DNA of 62,045 bases from Candidatus Saccharimonadota bacterium (GCA_014379635.1 JACMLL010000033.1:1-62045); one strand, 5' to 3'; numbered from the stretch's first letter, positions 49,454-59,085 are shown. The notes: a model not told the origin generated them from the sequence alone. Numbers and translations: made by a program.

Positions 49454-50303
49454 AGACTTCAGTCTGACTACCCTGCGTAGCCTGGTTGCGGCGGGCTATA
49501 CTATTGTGGCGGTCGTCACAAAACCAGATAGCAAGCGTGGCCGCGACCAAAAACTCACCCCACCGTCCGTTAAACTATTTGCACAAGCACAAAATATTCC
49601 CGTCTGGCAGCCAACCAAACTTTCCGAAATTACATCCGACATACAGTCCCTCGGCGACGTTGCAGGTGTGCTGGTTAGCTATGGAAAGATTATCCCCCAA
49701 AGCATTATTAATCTCTTCTCCCCAGGTATCATCAATCTCCACCCCTCGCTACTGCCGCTTTACCGGGGCCCTTCGCCCATTGAGTCCGCCATAAAAAACG
49801 GCGATACCAAGACCGGTGTCTCAATTATGAAATTGTCAGCCGCTATGGACGCGGGGCCTGTTTTCGTACAAACTATTTATCCTCTCGTCAGGACAGAAAC
49901 GCGGACCGACTTGTACCGCACGCTCGCGGCCACAGGTACGGCAACGCTATTGACTGTCCTACCAGCTATTTTAGAGGGATCGCTCCAACCAACTCCGCAA
50001 GATGATACGGCAGCCACCTACTGTCAGCTTCTCGATAAAAAAGACTCGATGCTTCATCCGCAAAAACTCACCGCCATACAAGCCGAACGCCTGGTCCGCG
50101 CTCACCTGGGCTTTCCGAAAACCAAAATCAATGTCTTCGGCCACGATATCGTCATCACCAAAGCGCACGTCTCGACGGAATCAAAAACACCGCTCGACAT
50201 TGTCTGCCAAGACGGTGCTTTCCTTTCGGTTGACGAGCTAATTGCTCCCAGTGGACGTCGCATGAGCGCCCAGGCGTTCATAAATGGCTACGCCGTCGGC
50301 TGA
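49413..50303 (+). CDS. fmt: Methionyl-tRNA formyltransferase
   Basis: IVFFGT, VVTKPD, NLHPSLLP.YRGPSP, MDAGP; start at MTSIS. Confidence 0.95.
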   Translation: MTSISKPIVFFGTEDFSLTTLRSLVAAGYTIVAVVTKPDSKRGRDQKLTPPSVKLFAQAQNIPVWQPTKLSEITSDIQSLGDVAGVLVSYGKIIPQSIINLFSPGIINLHPSLLPLYRGPSPIESAIKNGDTKTGVSIMKLSAAMDAGPVFVQTIYPLVRTETRTDLYRTLAATGTATLLTVLPAILEGSLQPTPQDDTAATYCQLLDKKDSMLHPQKLTAIQAERLVRAHLGFPKTKINVFGHDIVITKAHVSTESKTPLDIVCQDGAFLSVDELIAPSGRRMSAQAFINGYAVG

Positions 50304-50722
50304 TCACCACCGAGAATCTTATCGCGACTGCCAACAATTTCTTTTTTCAATTCATCAAGTACGCCGGCCACAACGTCACGATAGTCAGGACGATTTACTT
50401 CCAACCATTTCGTAGCGGTATATTCAGCCCGTAGTCCAGCGTCATTGACGTCAAGTCCGGTTGCTTCTTGAATGCGACCAAAGGCTTCATCATTGTAGTA
50501 ATCGGGAACATATTTCTCGAGCCAGGTACGAATCACTTCATCTTTACGATCAATAATCGCCTCAAACTCTTCCAGTTGCTCGTCGCTCATGCCATCGGAC
50601 AGTTTTGTGCCGACCCGCAGCTCAAGCTCGTCATAAATGTGCTGCAGGAAAGCTTTTTTTTGCTCTTCTGGTAAGTCATTTAAACCAATGTCTGTTAAGA
50701 ATTTATCATCTAGTTGAAACAT
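50288..50722 (-). CDS. Conserved CPR-type acidic helical protein (DUF5663-like)
   Basis: LELRVG..LS..MSDEQL.EF pattern; family assignment from recall, not from a search. Confidence 0.7.
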   Translation of the reverse strand: MFQLDDKFLTDIGLNDLPEEQKKAFLQHIYDELELRVGTKLSDGMSDEQLEEFEAIIDRKDEVIRTWLEKYVPDYYNDEAFGRIQEATGLDVNDAGLRAEYTATKWLEVNRPDYRDVVAGVLDELKKEIVGSRDKILGGDQPTA

Positions 50723-50737
50723 GTATATCTATCCTCT

Positions 50738-52090
50738 TTATCGGCTATTCTTAATTAATTTTAGCACATTCTCAGGAAGTTGACCTGTGTGACTAATACC
50801 CCATGAACCATTTTTCGTGGGGTATGCCCAGCCACGAGCCTGTAATTCGGGTCCTACTTTTTGTAGTAAGTTTGCCTGCTCGGTTTCGTTTTTTATACCC
50901 AATTCCCTAAAAGTGTTGTACCAACCTTCACCACGAGTTACAGTATGAGCTTCTACGCTAAACGCTGAAGGGTCTACCTCTACTTTGATACCATCTGAAC
51001 CACCCGATACACCAGCCGCTTCGACTACTTCAGCACCTGCGCCTGATCCCATACCTGGCCCTACCTCTGAGACCTGAGCCTCGCCACCGTTAAGTAGCGG
51101 AAGTCCGTACTTTGCTGCTACGATCAAGGCGACGACACCAACAATTTTAGCGGCACCGTATCGTTTTACGCGAGTTTCAAATTGACCCTTTGTCTCTTCT
51201 GACTTTTGTTTTGGTGTCGGCATGAAGTTTCCTGCCGTAAAAAGCGTCGTACTATAAAGTGTGCCAACTTTTAAGTAAAGGCCTTTCGTGCGGCTCTTTA
51301 CCTTATTCCAAATTGATTGCTTTTCTTCGTCGAGCTTATCAGCATCACCCGTTTCCTGATTGCTGTCCTCTTTTTCAGAATCTTCAGCGCTCAGATCACC
51401 TTCAATGGGGTTTACTACGACACCTTCTAGAGTGTCAATTGCTAGAATTTGTTCGCCTGGCACCGGACTAACGACAACGTCCTCGAGGGTATCAATATTG
51501 GGAATATTATTACGCGTTTCGTATTCATCGGCCGATTCGCCTTCAAGTGCAGGTTCAAAGTTACGTCGTATCTCATCCTCATGTTCACTAGTGTTAGCAT
51601 CGTCGGACGCATCTTTAGCGTCTTGAGCCTCAGCCAAGCCGTCGTCAAGGCTATCAAAGCCAGTTTCAATTGCCGATGGAGTCTGTTCGCCATCGGTAAT
51701 GTTGCTACTTTCTTTATTGGCGTTGTTCAGTGACGCAACCCATGTATCCTCTGCAGATTGGAGTTCTTTTTTTGCGTATATATGGTCCTCTGCTGTCGAT
51801 TTAAAATTTAACGACTCTACAGCAGTTCTTGCTGCATCTAGCCGTTCTCCACCATGCATAAGCCATTCCTCGTTGAGTGTATCTGCCTCCGGTTGGTACG
51901 TCGCCCGTGCGTCACGTAGTTCAGTCTTTGCGTTTACGTGATCAATGGCGTCTGAATTAAAATTTAGTTCATCTACTTTAGACTGTGCCGCATTAATATG
52001 TTCGACAGTTTGAATCTGTTTATCTTCAAACTGACTAATTACTTCTTTGGCTGATAAAGTTCGTTCTGCTGACGGTAGGGTTTCTGACAT
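50738..52090 (-). CDS. Orphan acidic protein with internal repeats, one TM segment and a possible LysM-like C-terminus
   Basis: 450-aa ORF with AGGAG RBS; repeats LNF.S...DH..AK.EL and IDTLE.VVV.P..G; TM IVGVVALIVAA; HTVTRGEGWY. Confidence 0.8.
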   Translation of the reverse strand: MSETLPSAERTLSAKEVISQFEDKQIQTVEHINAAQSKVDELNFNSDAIDHVNAKTELRDARATYQPEADTLNEEWLMHGGERLDAARTAVESLNFKSTAEDHIYAKKELQSAEDTWVASLNNANKESSNITDGEQTPSAIETGFDSLDDGLAEAQDAKDASDDANTSEHEDEIRRNFEPALEGESADEYETRNNIPNIDTLEDVVVSPVPGEQILAIDTLEGVVVNPIEGDLSAEDSEKEDSNQETGDADKLDEEKQSIWNKVKSRTKGLYLKVGTLYSTTLFTAGNFMPTPKQKSEETKGQFETRVKRYGAAKIVGVVALIVAAKYGLPLLNGGEAQVSEVGPGMGSGAGAEVVEAAGVSGGSDGIKVEVDPSAFSVEAHTVTRGEGWYNTFRELGIKNETEQANLLQKVGPELQARGWAYPTKNGSWGISHTGQLPENVLKLIKNSR

Positions 52091-52149
52091 GTCAATTTTC
52101 TCCTAGGAGATGTGTTAATTTATGTTTGTGTTATATGTTTTATGATACA

Positions 52150-52178
52150 ACGATAGCATAAATGTAATAAGAAAGCAA
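52150..52178 (-). promoter_or_regulatory. Promoter of orphan gene 50738..52090
   Basis: TTGCTT-17 nt-TATCGT with extended TGn. Confidence 0.6.
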
Positions 52179-52219
52179 GCATAATCACATATACTTGCTT
52201 TAATTACAATTGACGTTTT

Positions 52220-53989
52220 TTATTTAAGAGTGCGTTTAACGAGGGCTCGCGTAAAGAACTCGAGCTTGTCACCCTCTTCGAGTAGTAATTTCTTGCTAAT
52301 CTTGAGACTAATACCGCACATTTCGCCTTCGAATACTTCTTTGGCTTCTTGTTGCTGACGCTGGACCTTGGTCACTTCCACTTCGGCCAGGGTTTCTTTA
52401 CCACGTTTGGCACGCGCCAAGAGGCCGCTAGTAACTTTACCGCTGGTTACTTCTCCACCAGCGATAATCTCGTCCTTAAGTGTACGGAAAATTCCTTTTA
52501 TCGTCAGAGTACCGATTTCTGTTTCGACGACTTCAGGTGCTAACATGGCCTCCATCGAAGCGCGGGCGTCATCAAGTAGTTCGTAAATAACTTTATAGAT
52601 ACGAACTTGAACCTTGTCGCGAGCAGCCAACTGTTTAATGGCAGGCGGCAACCCAACGTTAAATCCATAAATAAGCGTTTTTGAGTCCGAGGCCAGGCGA
52701 ATATCATTTTCGGAAATATTTCCGACACCACTTCCAATCACGCGCAGGGCAATCTCACCCTTGGTATCAATCAGCCGCAAGCTATCAATCACTGAAGTCA
52801 AAGACCCCTGCACATCAGCTTTGACGACAACGTTTAAGTTCTGTGATTCGTGTTGCTGGTTCATCATCCGCAGAAGATCGGCTCCTGTTACATTCGTGCT
52901 GGCAGCATTCTTTTCCTGTTCAATACGAGCCACAGCCACTGCATTACGGGCTTCTTTTTCGCTTTTTACAACCGTAAAGGTATCACCAAACTGAGGCAAC
53001 TCTTTTAGTCCCGTCACGGTGACTGGCGTCGAAGGACCAGCCTCTTTGAGCGGTTTACCCGCAAAATCAAGCAAAGTACGGACCTTTCCGTAGGCAGTTC
53101 CGGCGACCAAGAAATGGCCTGTCCGGAGTAATCCTTGTTCGACAAGTAGACCGACAACCGAACCCCGACCAACTTCCATATGTGATTCAATCACCAGACC
53201 TTCAGCTGGCGTGTCAATGTCAGCCTTTAACTCTTCGAGGTCAGCCACCAGCAGTACCATATCAAGTAATATCTCGATACCCAGACCAGTCTTGGCACTG
53301 ACTTCGACCATAACCGTATCACCACCCCATTCTTCTGGATTAAGGTCGTGTTCGGTGGCTAGCTGTGCCTTGACGCGGGCAGAATCAGCCGATTCTTTGT
53401 CCATTTTGTTAATAGCCACGACAATTTTTGCGTTGGCAGACTTGGCAAAGCGAATCGCCTCAATCGTTTGAGGCTTAACGCCGTCATCGGCCGCCACCAC
53501 AATCACCACTACATCCGTCAGCGCAGCGCCGTGCTGTCGCAGAGCGGCAAATGCTTCGTGCCCTGGAGTATCTAGCAATGTAATCGAGCGGTCTTTGTGA
53601 ATGGTCTGGTAAGCACTAATGTGCTGGGTAATACCTCCGGCCTCTTGGTCGGTAGTTTTGGTATGAAGAATGGCATCAAGTAAACTCGTCTTACCGTGGT
53701 CAACGTGCCCCATCACCGCCACAATCGGTGGACGCGCAACGGCTTTGTCGGATAAAGTGTGAGTTTTGCGGTCGCTCAGTGTCGCCGCGACTTTTTTCTC
53801 GAGTTCAACGTCAAGTCCCAGCTCTTCGACAATAATTGTCGCTGTTTCGAAATCGATACGTTGATTAATCGTCGCCACAATACCATTTCTAAAAAGTTCA
53901 CCAATCAGGTTTGTAACGGGTAGATTAAGCGTTTCAGCAAGCTCACCAACGGTGATTGAGTCGGCAACAATGATAACTTTCTCGGCCAT
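52220..53989 (-). CDS. infB: Translation initiation factor IF-2 (short N-terminus)
   Basis: MGHVDHGKTSLLD, DTPGHEAF, INKMD, KADVQGS. Confidence 0.98.
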   Translation of the reverse strand: MAEKVIIVADSITVGELAETLNLPVTNLIGELFRNGIVATINQRIDFETATIIVEELGLDVELEKKVAATLSDRKTHTLSDKAVARPPIVAVMGHVDHGKTSLLDAILHTKTTDQEAGGITQHISAYQTIHKDRSITLLDTPGHEAFAALRQHGAALTDVVVIVVAADDGVKPQTIEAIRFAKSANAKIVVAINKMDKESADSARVKAQLATEHDLNPEEWGGDTVMVEVSAKTGLGIEILLDMVLLVADLEELKADIDTPAEGLVIESHMEVGRGSVVGLLVEQGLLRTGHFLVAGTAYGKVRTLLDFAGKPLKEAGPSTPVTVTGLKELPQFGDTFTVVKSEKEARNAVAVARIEQEKNAASTNVTGADLLRMMNQQHESQNLNVVVKADVQGSLTSVIDSLRLIDTKGEIALRVIGSGVGNISENDIRLASDSKTLIYGFNVGLPPAIKQLAARDKVQVRIYKVIYELLDDARASMEAMLAPEVVETEIGTLTIKGIFRTLKDEIIAGGEVTSGKVTSGLLARAKRGKETLAEVEVTKVQRQQQEAKEVFEGEMCGISLKISKKLLLEEGDKLEFFTRALVKRTLK

Positions 53990-54043
53990 AATGAACGCTC
54001 CTTTCTACCCGGCTACAGTGGTGCTATAGACGCGGAAACTAGT

Positions 54044-55120
54044 TTATTTTTTTGCTTTGTTATTTAAGCTAAGCGAGATTTTGCGGCTATCTTTTTCGAT
54101 ATCAAGCACAACAAATTCCTTGCGCTCGTTGAGGGTAAAGACTTTTTCTGGGTCAGCATCATCGCCACCACCGAGTTCGCTGACATGGACTAGCGCCTCA
54201 ACAGCAGAGCTAATCTGAATAAAAGCACCGAATGGAGTAATGCGCGTTACTGTGCCTTCGACCTTGTCGCCTGGCTTGAATTGGTCAACCTCTGTCATCC
54301 ATGGATCCTGAGACAACTGTTTGATACTAAGACTAAGACGGTCTTTGTCGATAGCGATGATCTTTGCATCAATCGTTTGGCCAACTTTAACATAATCATT
54401 TGGATTGTTGACACGTTCCCAGCTGATTTCGCTAATATGCACCAAACCTTCAATTCCTTCGACGTTGACGAAGATACCGAAGTCAACCACACCTGTAACA
54501 ACACCTTTGACGCTGTCGCCAACGGTCAGTTTTTCAAAGCGAGCTGACAAGCCGTCTTTAATAGCTTCTTTTTCGCTAAAGATAAGCTTGTTAGCTTTAC
54601 GGTCACAATCCAAAATACGAACTTTTAAAGTTTGCCCGATAAGAACGTTCAAACGCTGAAGAATTTCATCCTTGTCGCTGCTGCCAACGCGAGGATAGTG
54701 CTCGGCTGAAAGTTGAGAGACAGGCAAGAACCCACGAACGCCGTCGTGTTCAACCAGTAGTCCACCTCTGTTGGCGTCATAAGGCGATACGTCAATAATT
54801 TCACCGCTTTCCATTTTGGCTGCCACTTCATCCCAACCACGATCTTTGGCGGCTTTACGGAGTGATAGTAGTGAGTAGCCGTTATCAAGCTCGGCATCAA
54901 CAATACTGGCCGTGACTTCGTCTCCAATATTAAGAGCTCGTGAAAACCCGACCTCACGACGCGGTACAAGGCCAATACCTTGCGCCCCGAGGTCAACCAG
55001 GACCTCGTGTTTACGAATCGATAGGATGGTTCCTACGATTGCTTCTCCTTGTGTTAATTGCTTTACGCTGTCATCTGCGCCAGCGAGCAGTTCGTCCATT
55101 GTTAGTGTGGCTTTTGCCAT
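54044..55120 (-). CDS. rpsA: 30S ribosomal protein S1 (four S1 domains)
   Basis: RGFLPVSQL, FGIFV..EGLVHISEISW, FGAFI..EALVHVSEL. Confidence 0.92.
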   Translation of the reverse strand: MAKATLTMDELLAGADDSVKQLTQGEAIVGTILSIRKHEVLVDLGAQGIGLVPRREVGFSRALNIGDEVTASIVDAELDNGYSLLSLRKAAKDRGWDEVAAKMESGEIIDVSPYDANRGGLLVEHDGVRGFLPVSQLSAEHYPRVGSSDKDEILQRLNVLIGQTLKVRILDCDRKANKLIFSEKEAIKDGLSARFEKLTVGDSVKGVVTGVVDFGIFVNVEGIEGLVHISEISWERVNNPNDYVKVGQTIDAKIIAIDKDRLSLSIKQLSQDPWMTEVDQFKPGDKVEGTVTRITPFGAFIQISSAVEALVHVSELGGGDDADPEKVFTLNERKEFVVLDIEKDSRKISLSLNNKAKK

Positions 55121-55222
55121 AAGTCTTATTCAGACTCCTTCCTTAATATTAATATTCTGGGGGTGCATACAAAATAGCAACCTCCTAGATTGTTTATATT
55201 GTACCCCAGACGGGGACGCAAG

Positions 55223-55636
55223 TCAAAGAGAGCGGCCGAGGATGCGCCGCGAAGTTATATACCCGGCACCAGATGCAACCAGTAGACCGATTGCGAGCAG
55301 GCGAAGACCGTCCGATTCAGGGCCGGTTGTCGGAAGACTAGCTTGTTCAGCCGCAGTTGGTGAGGGTGACGATTTCGTTGGCGCGGGAGCGGGCTTATTG
55401 GTATTAGGGCTCGCTTCTCCGTTACTTTTGGTGCTATTGTTCGTTGTGGCTGGTTTTTTGGTGTCCGCTTCTTTGGCTAACTTATCGGCCTGGGCAACCG
55501 CCTGTTCTTGGCGAACCTGTTCGCCCCTTTGCTTTACAAAGTAAGCTGTGCCAATAACCGCACCCGCAAGCACAGTTGCTATAATAATGAACGTTAGTAC
55601 CGATCCACCCTGATTTGTTCGTTTCAATGAAATCAT
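55223..55636 (-). CDS. Small surface protein with N-terminal TM segment and LPxTG sorting signal
   Basis: NQGG followed by a hydrophobic helix, P/T/S-rich linker, LPTTG plus TM plus RR tail; start at MISLK. Confidence 0.72.
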   Translation of the reverse strand: MISLKRTNQGGSVLTFIIIATVLAGAVIGTAYFVKQRGEQVRQEQAVAQADKLAKEADTKKPATTNNSTKSNGEASPNTNKPAPAPTKSSPSPTAAEQASLPTTGPESDGLRLLAIGLLVASGAGYITSRRILGRSL

Positions 55637-55719
55637 TATATTCCTCAGGCTTATAATTTCTATTATTATACCTTTATTTTCATTATAATGCAACGTCTTC
55701 GGTATGCTACACTATAGAT

Positions 55720-56541
55720 ATGTTAGTTACAGTTGACACTGGTGGAACAAAAACACTTGTTGCTAGTTTTTCTGAGGATGGTGTTCTGGGTGAGCAGATT
55801 AAGTTCGCCACCCCTCAAGACTCGTCGGAATACGTAACGCTGCTGCGCCAAACTCTTGTCGAAACCTACGGCGATCAGACAGTTGAAGCGATTGTCGTTG
55901 CCCTACCCGGTATTATCAAAGAAGGTGTCGCAATCTGGTGTAACAATTTGAAATGGAAGAATTTTGATGCCGCCTCAGCTCTTAAGGGAGTGCTTGGTGA
56001 CGCACCAGTCCTGATTGAAAATGACGCTAATCTTGCTGGACTGGCCGAAACGCGAGCCCTTCATACTATTCCACCTCTGTCAGTCTATGTTACCGTGAGC
56101 ACTGGCATCGGAACTGGCATCACGACAAATGGTCGGATTAATCCCAGCCTTCGTTATAGCGAAGGTGGACGTGCCCTAGTAGAATTTGATGGTATTGTCC
56201 GCGAATGGGAAAGTTTTGCGTCCGGTCGAGTTATCTATGAAACCTACGGCAAATATGCTCGTGATATCACCAGCAAGCGCACTTGGAATCAAATTGCTGA
56301 CCGCATTAGTCGCGGATTTCTAGTACTCATTCCTATTTTACAGCCCGACATTATTATTATTGGTGGCAGTATCGGTACGTATTTTGAAAAATATGCCGCA
56401 CAGCTAAAGAATATTCTGAAAGAAAAACTGCCGGCTCATATTCCTGTACCAAAGATTGTTCAGGCTCAGCACCCCGAACAAGCCGTTATCTATGGATGTT
56501 ATTATTATGCCCTCGACAGCCTCGCTGATACCTCAGCTTAA
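55720..56541 (+). CDS. ROK family sugar kinase
   Basis: DTGGTKT, IENDANLAGLAE, TVSTGIG.G, IIIGGS. Confidence 0.9.
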   Translation: MLVTVDTGGTKTLVASFSEDGVLGEQIKFATPQDSSEYVTLLRQTLVETYGDQTVEAIVVALPGIIKEGVAIWCNNLKWKNFDAASALKGVLGDAPVLIENDANLAGLAETRALHTIPPLSVYVTVSTGIGTGITTNGRINPSLRYSEGGRALVEFDGIVREWESFASGRVIYETYGKYARDITSKRTWNQIADRISRGFLVLIPILQPDIIIIGGSIGTYFEKYAAQLKNILKEKLPAHIPVPKIVQAQHPEQAVIYGCYYYALDSLADTSA

Positions 56542-56962
56542 AGCCACCTACCCGCAGTTTGCGTTCAAACTTGCCGAAAGTTTTTTATGGTCACCCAGTA
56601 AACAGACCGTTTACTACACGACCGATGATGCAGATTACGGCTTTTTATTACACGAACTCTCGCACGGACTGCTGGGTCACGCCGACTATAGTCGCGATAT
56701 CGAACTAATTGCCATGGAACGAGACGCTTGGGACAAGGCTCTGGAAATTGCCAAAGACTATACCGTGACGATTAACGACGATCTCATTCAATCAACGCTC
56801 GACACCTACCGTGATTGGCTGCATGCCCGCAGTACTTGCCCTCGATGCAAAGCCGTTGGGTTACAGATTAAAAAACAAACCTACACCTGTCCTGCTTGCC
56901 GCCACCCGTGGCGAGTCAACGAAGCTCGTATCTGTGCCTTGCGGCGCTCTGCGGTCGCGTAA
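56507..56962 (+). CDS. HExxH protein with C-terminal zinc ribbon
   Basis: LLHELSH, downstream ERDAW, CPRC..CPAC; start at MPSTA. Confidence 0.75.
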   Translation: MPSTASLIPQLKATYPQFAFKLAESFLWSPSKQTVYYTTDDADYGFLLHELSHGLLGHADYSRDIELIAMERDAWDKALEIAKDYTVTINDDLIQSTLDTYRDWLHARSTCPRCKAVGLQIKKQTYTCPACRHPWRVNEARICALRRSAVA

Positions 56963-56965
56963 CAA

Positions 56966-56997
56966 CAAAAAATGCGCCTCAGATGAAGCGCATTTTT
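56966..56997. terminator. Bidirectional terminator
   Basis: AAAAATGCGC..GCGCATTTTT between convergent genes. Confidence 0.75.
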
Positions 56998-57015
56998 AGT
57001 TGATTGCTCAAGCTA

Positions 57016-57222
57016 TTAGCTTTCGATTGCTACAGTAGTCTTCTTGCGACGACTAATGCGGCCACCTTTAGCACCAGCAATACGAGCTAGCTCTGGGTTA
57101 GCAGCAAAACCACCAGTTCGGCCGTTACGACCGCCCTTGGCACCAATCTTTGCATAAAAGTTTGGGTCTTTTGCTAAGTTCTTCGCTGCAGCCAATTGGC
57201 CGCCTGCTTTTGTTCCTGCCAT
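57016..57222 (-). CDS. Small KGG-repeat (general stress-like) basic protein
   Basis: FYAKIGAKGG and ARIAGAKGG repeats; GAGGAG RBS; TTGACA-17-TAATAT promoter (57319-57291). Confidence 0.85.
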   Translation of the reverse strand: MAGTKAGGQLAAAKNLAKDPNFYAKIGAKGGRNGRTGGFAANPELARIAGAKGGRISRRKKTTVAIES

Positions 57223-57422
57223 TTTTTTCTCCTCTTATCGCAAGGTCTCCACCCTGCGTATTAACTCACACCTGATATGTGTATGTTTTTATATTAGCAT
57301 AGCATAGGCATTTTGTCAATATCGACATAAGCATTTTTTTATTGTACTTGTACAGTTGCAAATAACCGTTCTGTGCGATATTATTAATAAGCACCTGTTT
57401 GAATCCAAATTTAGATTCGAAT

Positions 57423-57460
57423 TAAAAACGACCATATCTGCGAGATTGGTCGTTTTTTAA
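57423..57460. terminator. Bidirectional-looking intrinsic terminator
   Basis: AAAAACGACCA..TGGTCGTTTTT. Confidence 0.75.
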
Positions 57461-57473
57461 TTATTTTAGCGCC

Positions 57474-58187
57474 CTAGAATAGATCTTTTGTATATTCTAC
57501 CCGATGTTCGATAAATGTTTCATCAGAGGTAACAATGTCAATTTCAATATTAAAACTTGTAAATATCTTGGGTTGAGCCGAGGCATCTTCGCGGGTCATC
57601 CAGCTATTTCGGCCTCCTTCGAACTCTTCGAGAAGCTTTCCTTTGGTGTTCGTGCAGTGGACAACAAAAAATATCTTATCTTCTAGCTGTTCGCCCGTTT
57701 CTTGCTGATATACCAATTCGTGGTAGACTCCTGCGACGCGGTGATCAGCGTATAGGCCTGTTTCTTCGAGCAATTCGCGCTCAGCAGTCTGCGTAATTGT
57801 TTCTCCCCAGCGTACTTTACCAGTAGCAAACCCCCAAAAGCCAAAATATGGCTGCTTGAGGCGCTCTTGGAATAAATACTCCTTTGTACCGTCCTTCTTT
57901 AATCGTTCGACGGCTAAAATAACTGCTGTTTTCGGTTGCCGTTCAACTGTATTGCTATCCGTGTCCAGTTTATTGGCGTACTCTTTACCTCTTGGACTTA
58001 ACGAATACGTGCCACGCGATACTTTTTCGACTAACTTCAACTCCACGAGCTTTTGCAGGTGAAAATTGAAGTGATCACTACTCATTCCGGTGATTTTTTG
58101 TAGTTTCGCAAAACTCACGCTGGGGTGAAATAGCAACTCTCGCAATATAACCATTTGCGCGTCATGTATGTTGATCTCTAAACTCAT
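57474..58187 (-). CDS. Winged-HTH plus NUDIX hydrolase fusion
   Basis: N-terminal wHTH (FNFHLQKLVE..LVEK...Y.L); intact Nudix box GKVRWGETITQTAERELLEETGL. Confidence 0.88.
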   Translation of the reverse strand: MSLEINIHDAQMVILRELLFHPSVSFAKLQKITGMSSDHFNFHLQKLVELKLVEKVSRGTYSLSPRGKEYANKLDTDSNTVERQPKTAVILAVERLKKDGTKEYLFQERLKQPYFGFWGFATGKVRWGETITQTAERELLEETGLYADHRVAGVYHELVYQQETGEQLEDKIFFVVHCTNTKGKLLEEFEGGRNSWMTREDASAQPKIFTSFNIEIDIVTSDETFIEHRVEYTKDLF

Positions 58188-58323
58188 AATTACTCCTTGG
58201 ATTATATCCTATTACCTCTATGTTAACCTAAGAGTACAACACAAACGGACGGTAAAAAAGTAAAGTAGACTTTAGCTTTTTCGTACCATGCGTAAAATAA
58301 CGAACCTATCTGTTGGTCGGTCG

Positions 58324-59085
58324 TTAAAACGCAGCACTATATGCTTGGCTGAGTTTTTTATCGAGCAAGGACAGCTGTTTATCGTTTTCGGCAGTAATTG
58401 TCCCGAGCGTATTGTAGGCAGCCGCCAATCCTGCCTGCGCCGTCACAAAACGAGCCTTATTCTGGGCGCTATGAGCAGCCAGAAGTTCCTGCCAAGCAGT
58501 ATCGATTCCGGTGACCACCGTGACGGCGACCTTATTGGTAGATTTAAATGACACATCTGGCTTCATTGCGGTGATTTCAACACCAAACTTATGCCACACC
58601 GCCGCTACTTGAGCCCATGTTTTTTCATCTGGCTGAGTTGGCTGGCTGGTAAGAGTTGCGAGCGAGTTGGCGAGTATTCGCTCGTCGGTCAAATAGGCCG
58701 TCGTAACACCCAGCTCCGTTATAAACCCCTTAACCTTTGAAGTGACAGTGTTACACTGCTTTTGGACGGTCTCAATCCCGTTAAAATTCGCCTGCCAACC
58801 AGTTAGTGGGCTAATACGACACATGTTAGCCTGTTGAGTGTTCAAATCAACAGCAATCGCCTTGAGTTTGGCTAGTTTTTGCTCACGTTCTTTCGATGAA
58901 GTCATCGGCAAAGACAAAACAGTGCTCAAATCGTTTTTTGTCGTCGTTTGCCACACTTGATAGTCCTGTTCATAGTTCCGCCAGATTTGCAGACTGTAAA
59001 GCAAATACCCTAATGCTAAGACGAAAAGCACGGTCGCTGCACCAACAACCAGCCACGCCTTTTTTGTGCGTATAATGCTTTTCAT
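58324..59085 (-). CDS. Hypothetical membrane-anchored helical protein
   Basis: N-terminal TM segment; start overlaps the stop of the upstream gene (ATGA). Confidence 0.75.
   Translation of the reverse strand: MKSIIRTKKAWLVVGAATVLFVLALGYLLYSLQIWRNYEQDYQVWQTTTKNDLSTVLSLPMTSSKEREQKLAKLKAIAVDLNTQQANMCRISPLTGWQANFNGIETVQKQCNTVTSKVKGFITELGVTTAYLTDERILANSLATLTSQPTQPDEKTWAQVAAVWHKFGVEITAMKPDVSFKSTNKVAVTVVTGIDTAWQELLAAHSAQNKARFVTAQAGLAAAYNTLGTITAENDKQLSLLDKKLSQAYSAAF

Noticed and set aside
54912..55544. 210-aa + strand ORF with a hydrophobic stretch
   Set aside because: Spans rpsA and the LPxTG gene in antisense; its composition is explained by the opposite-strand codons.
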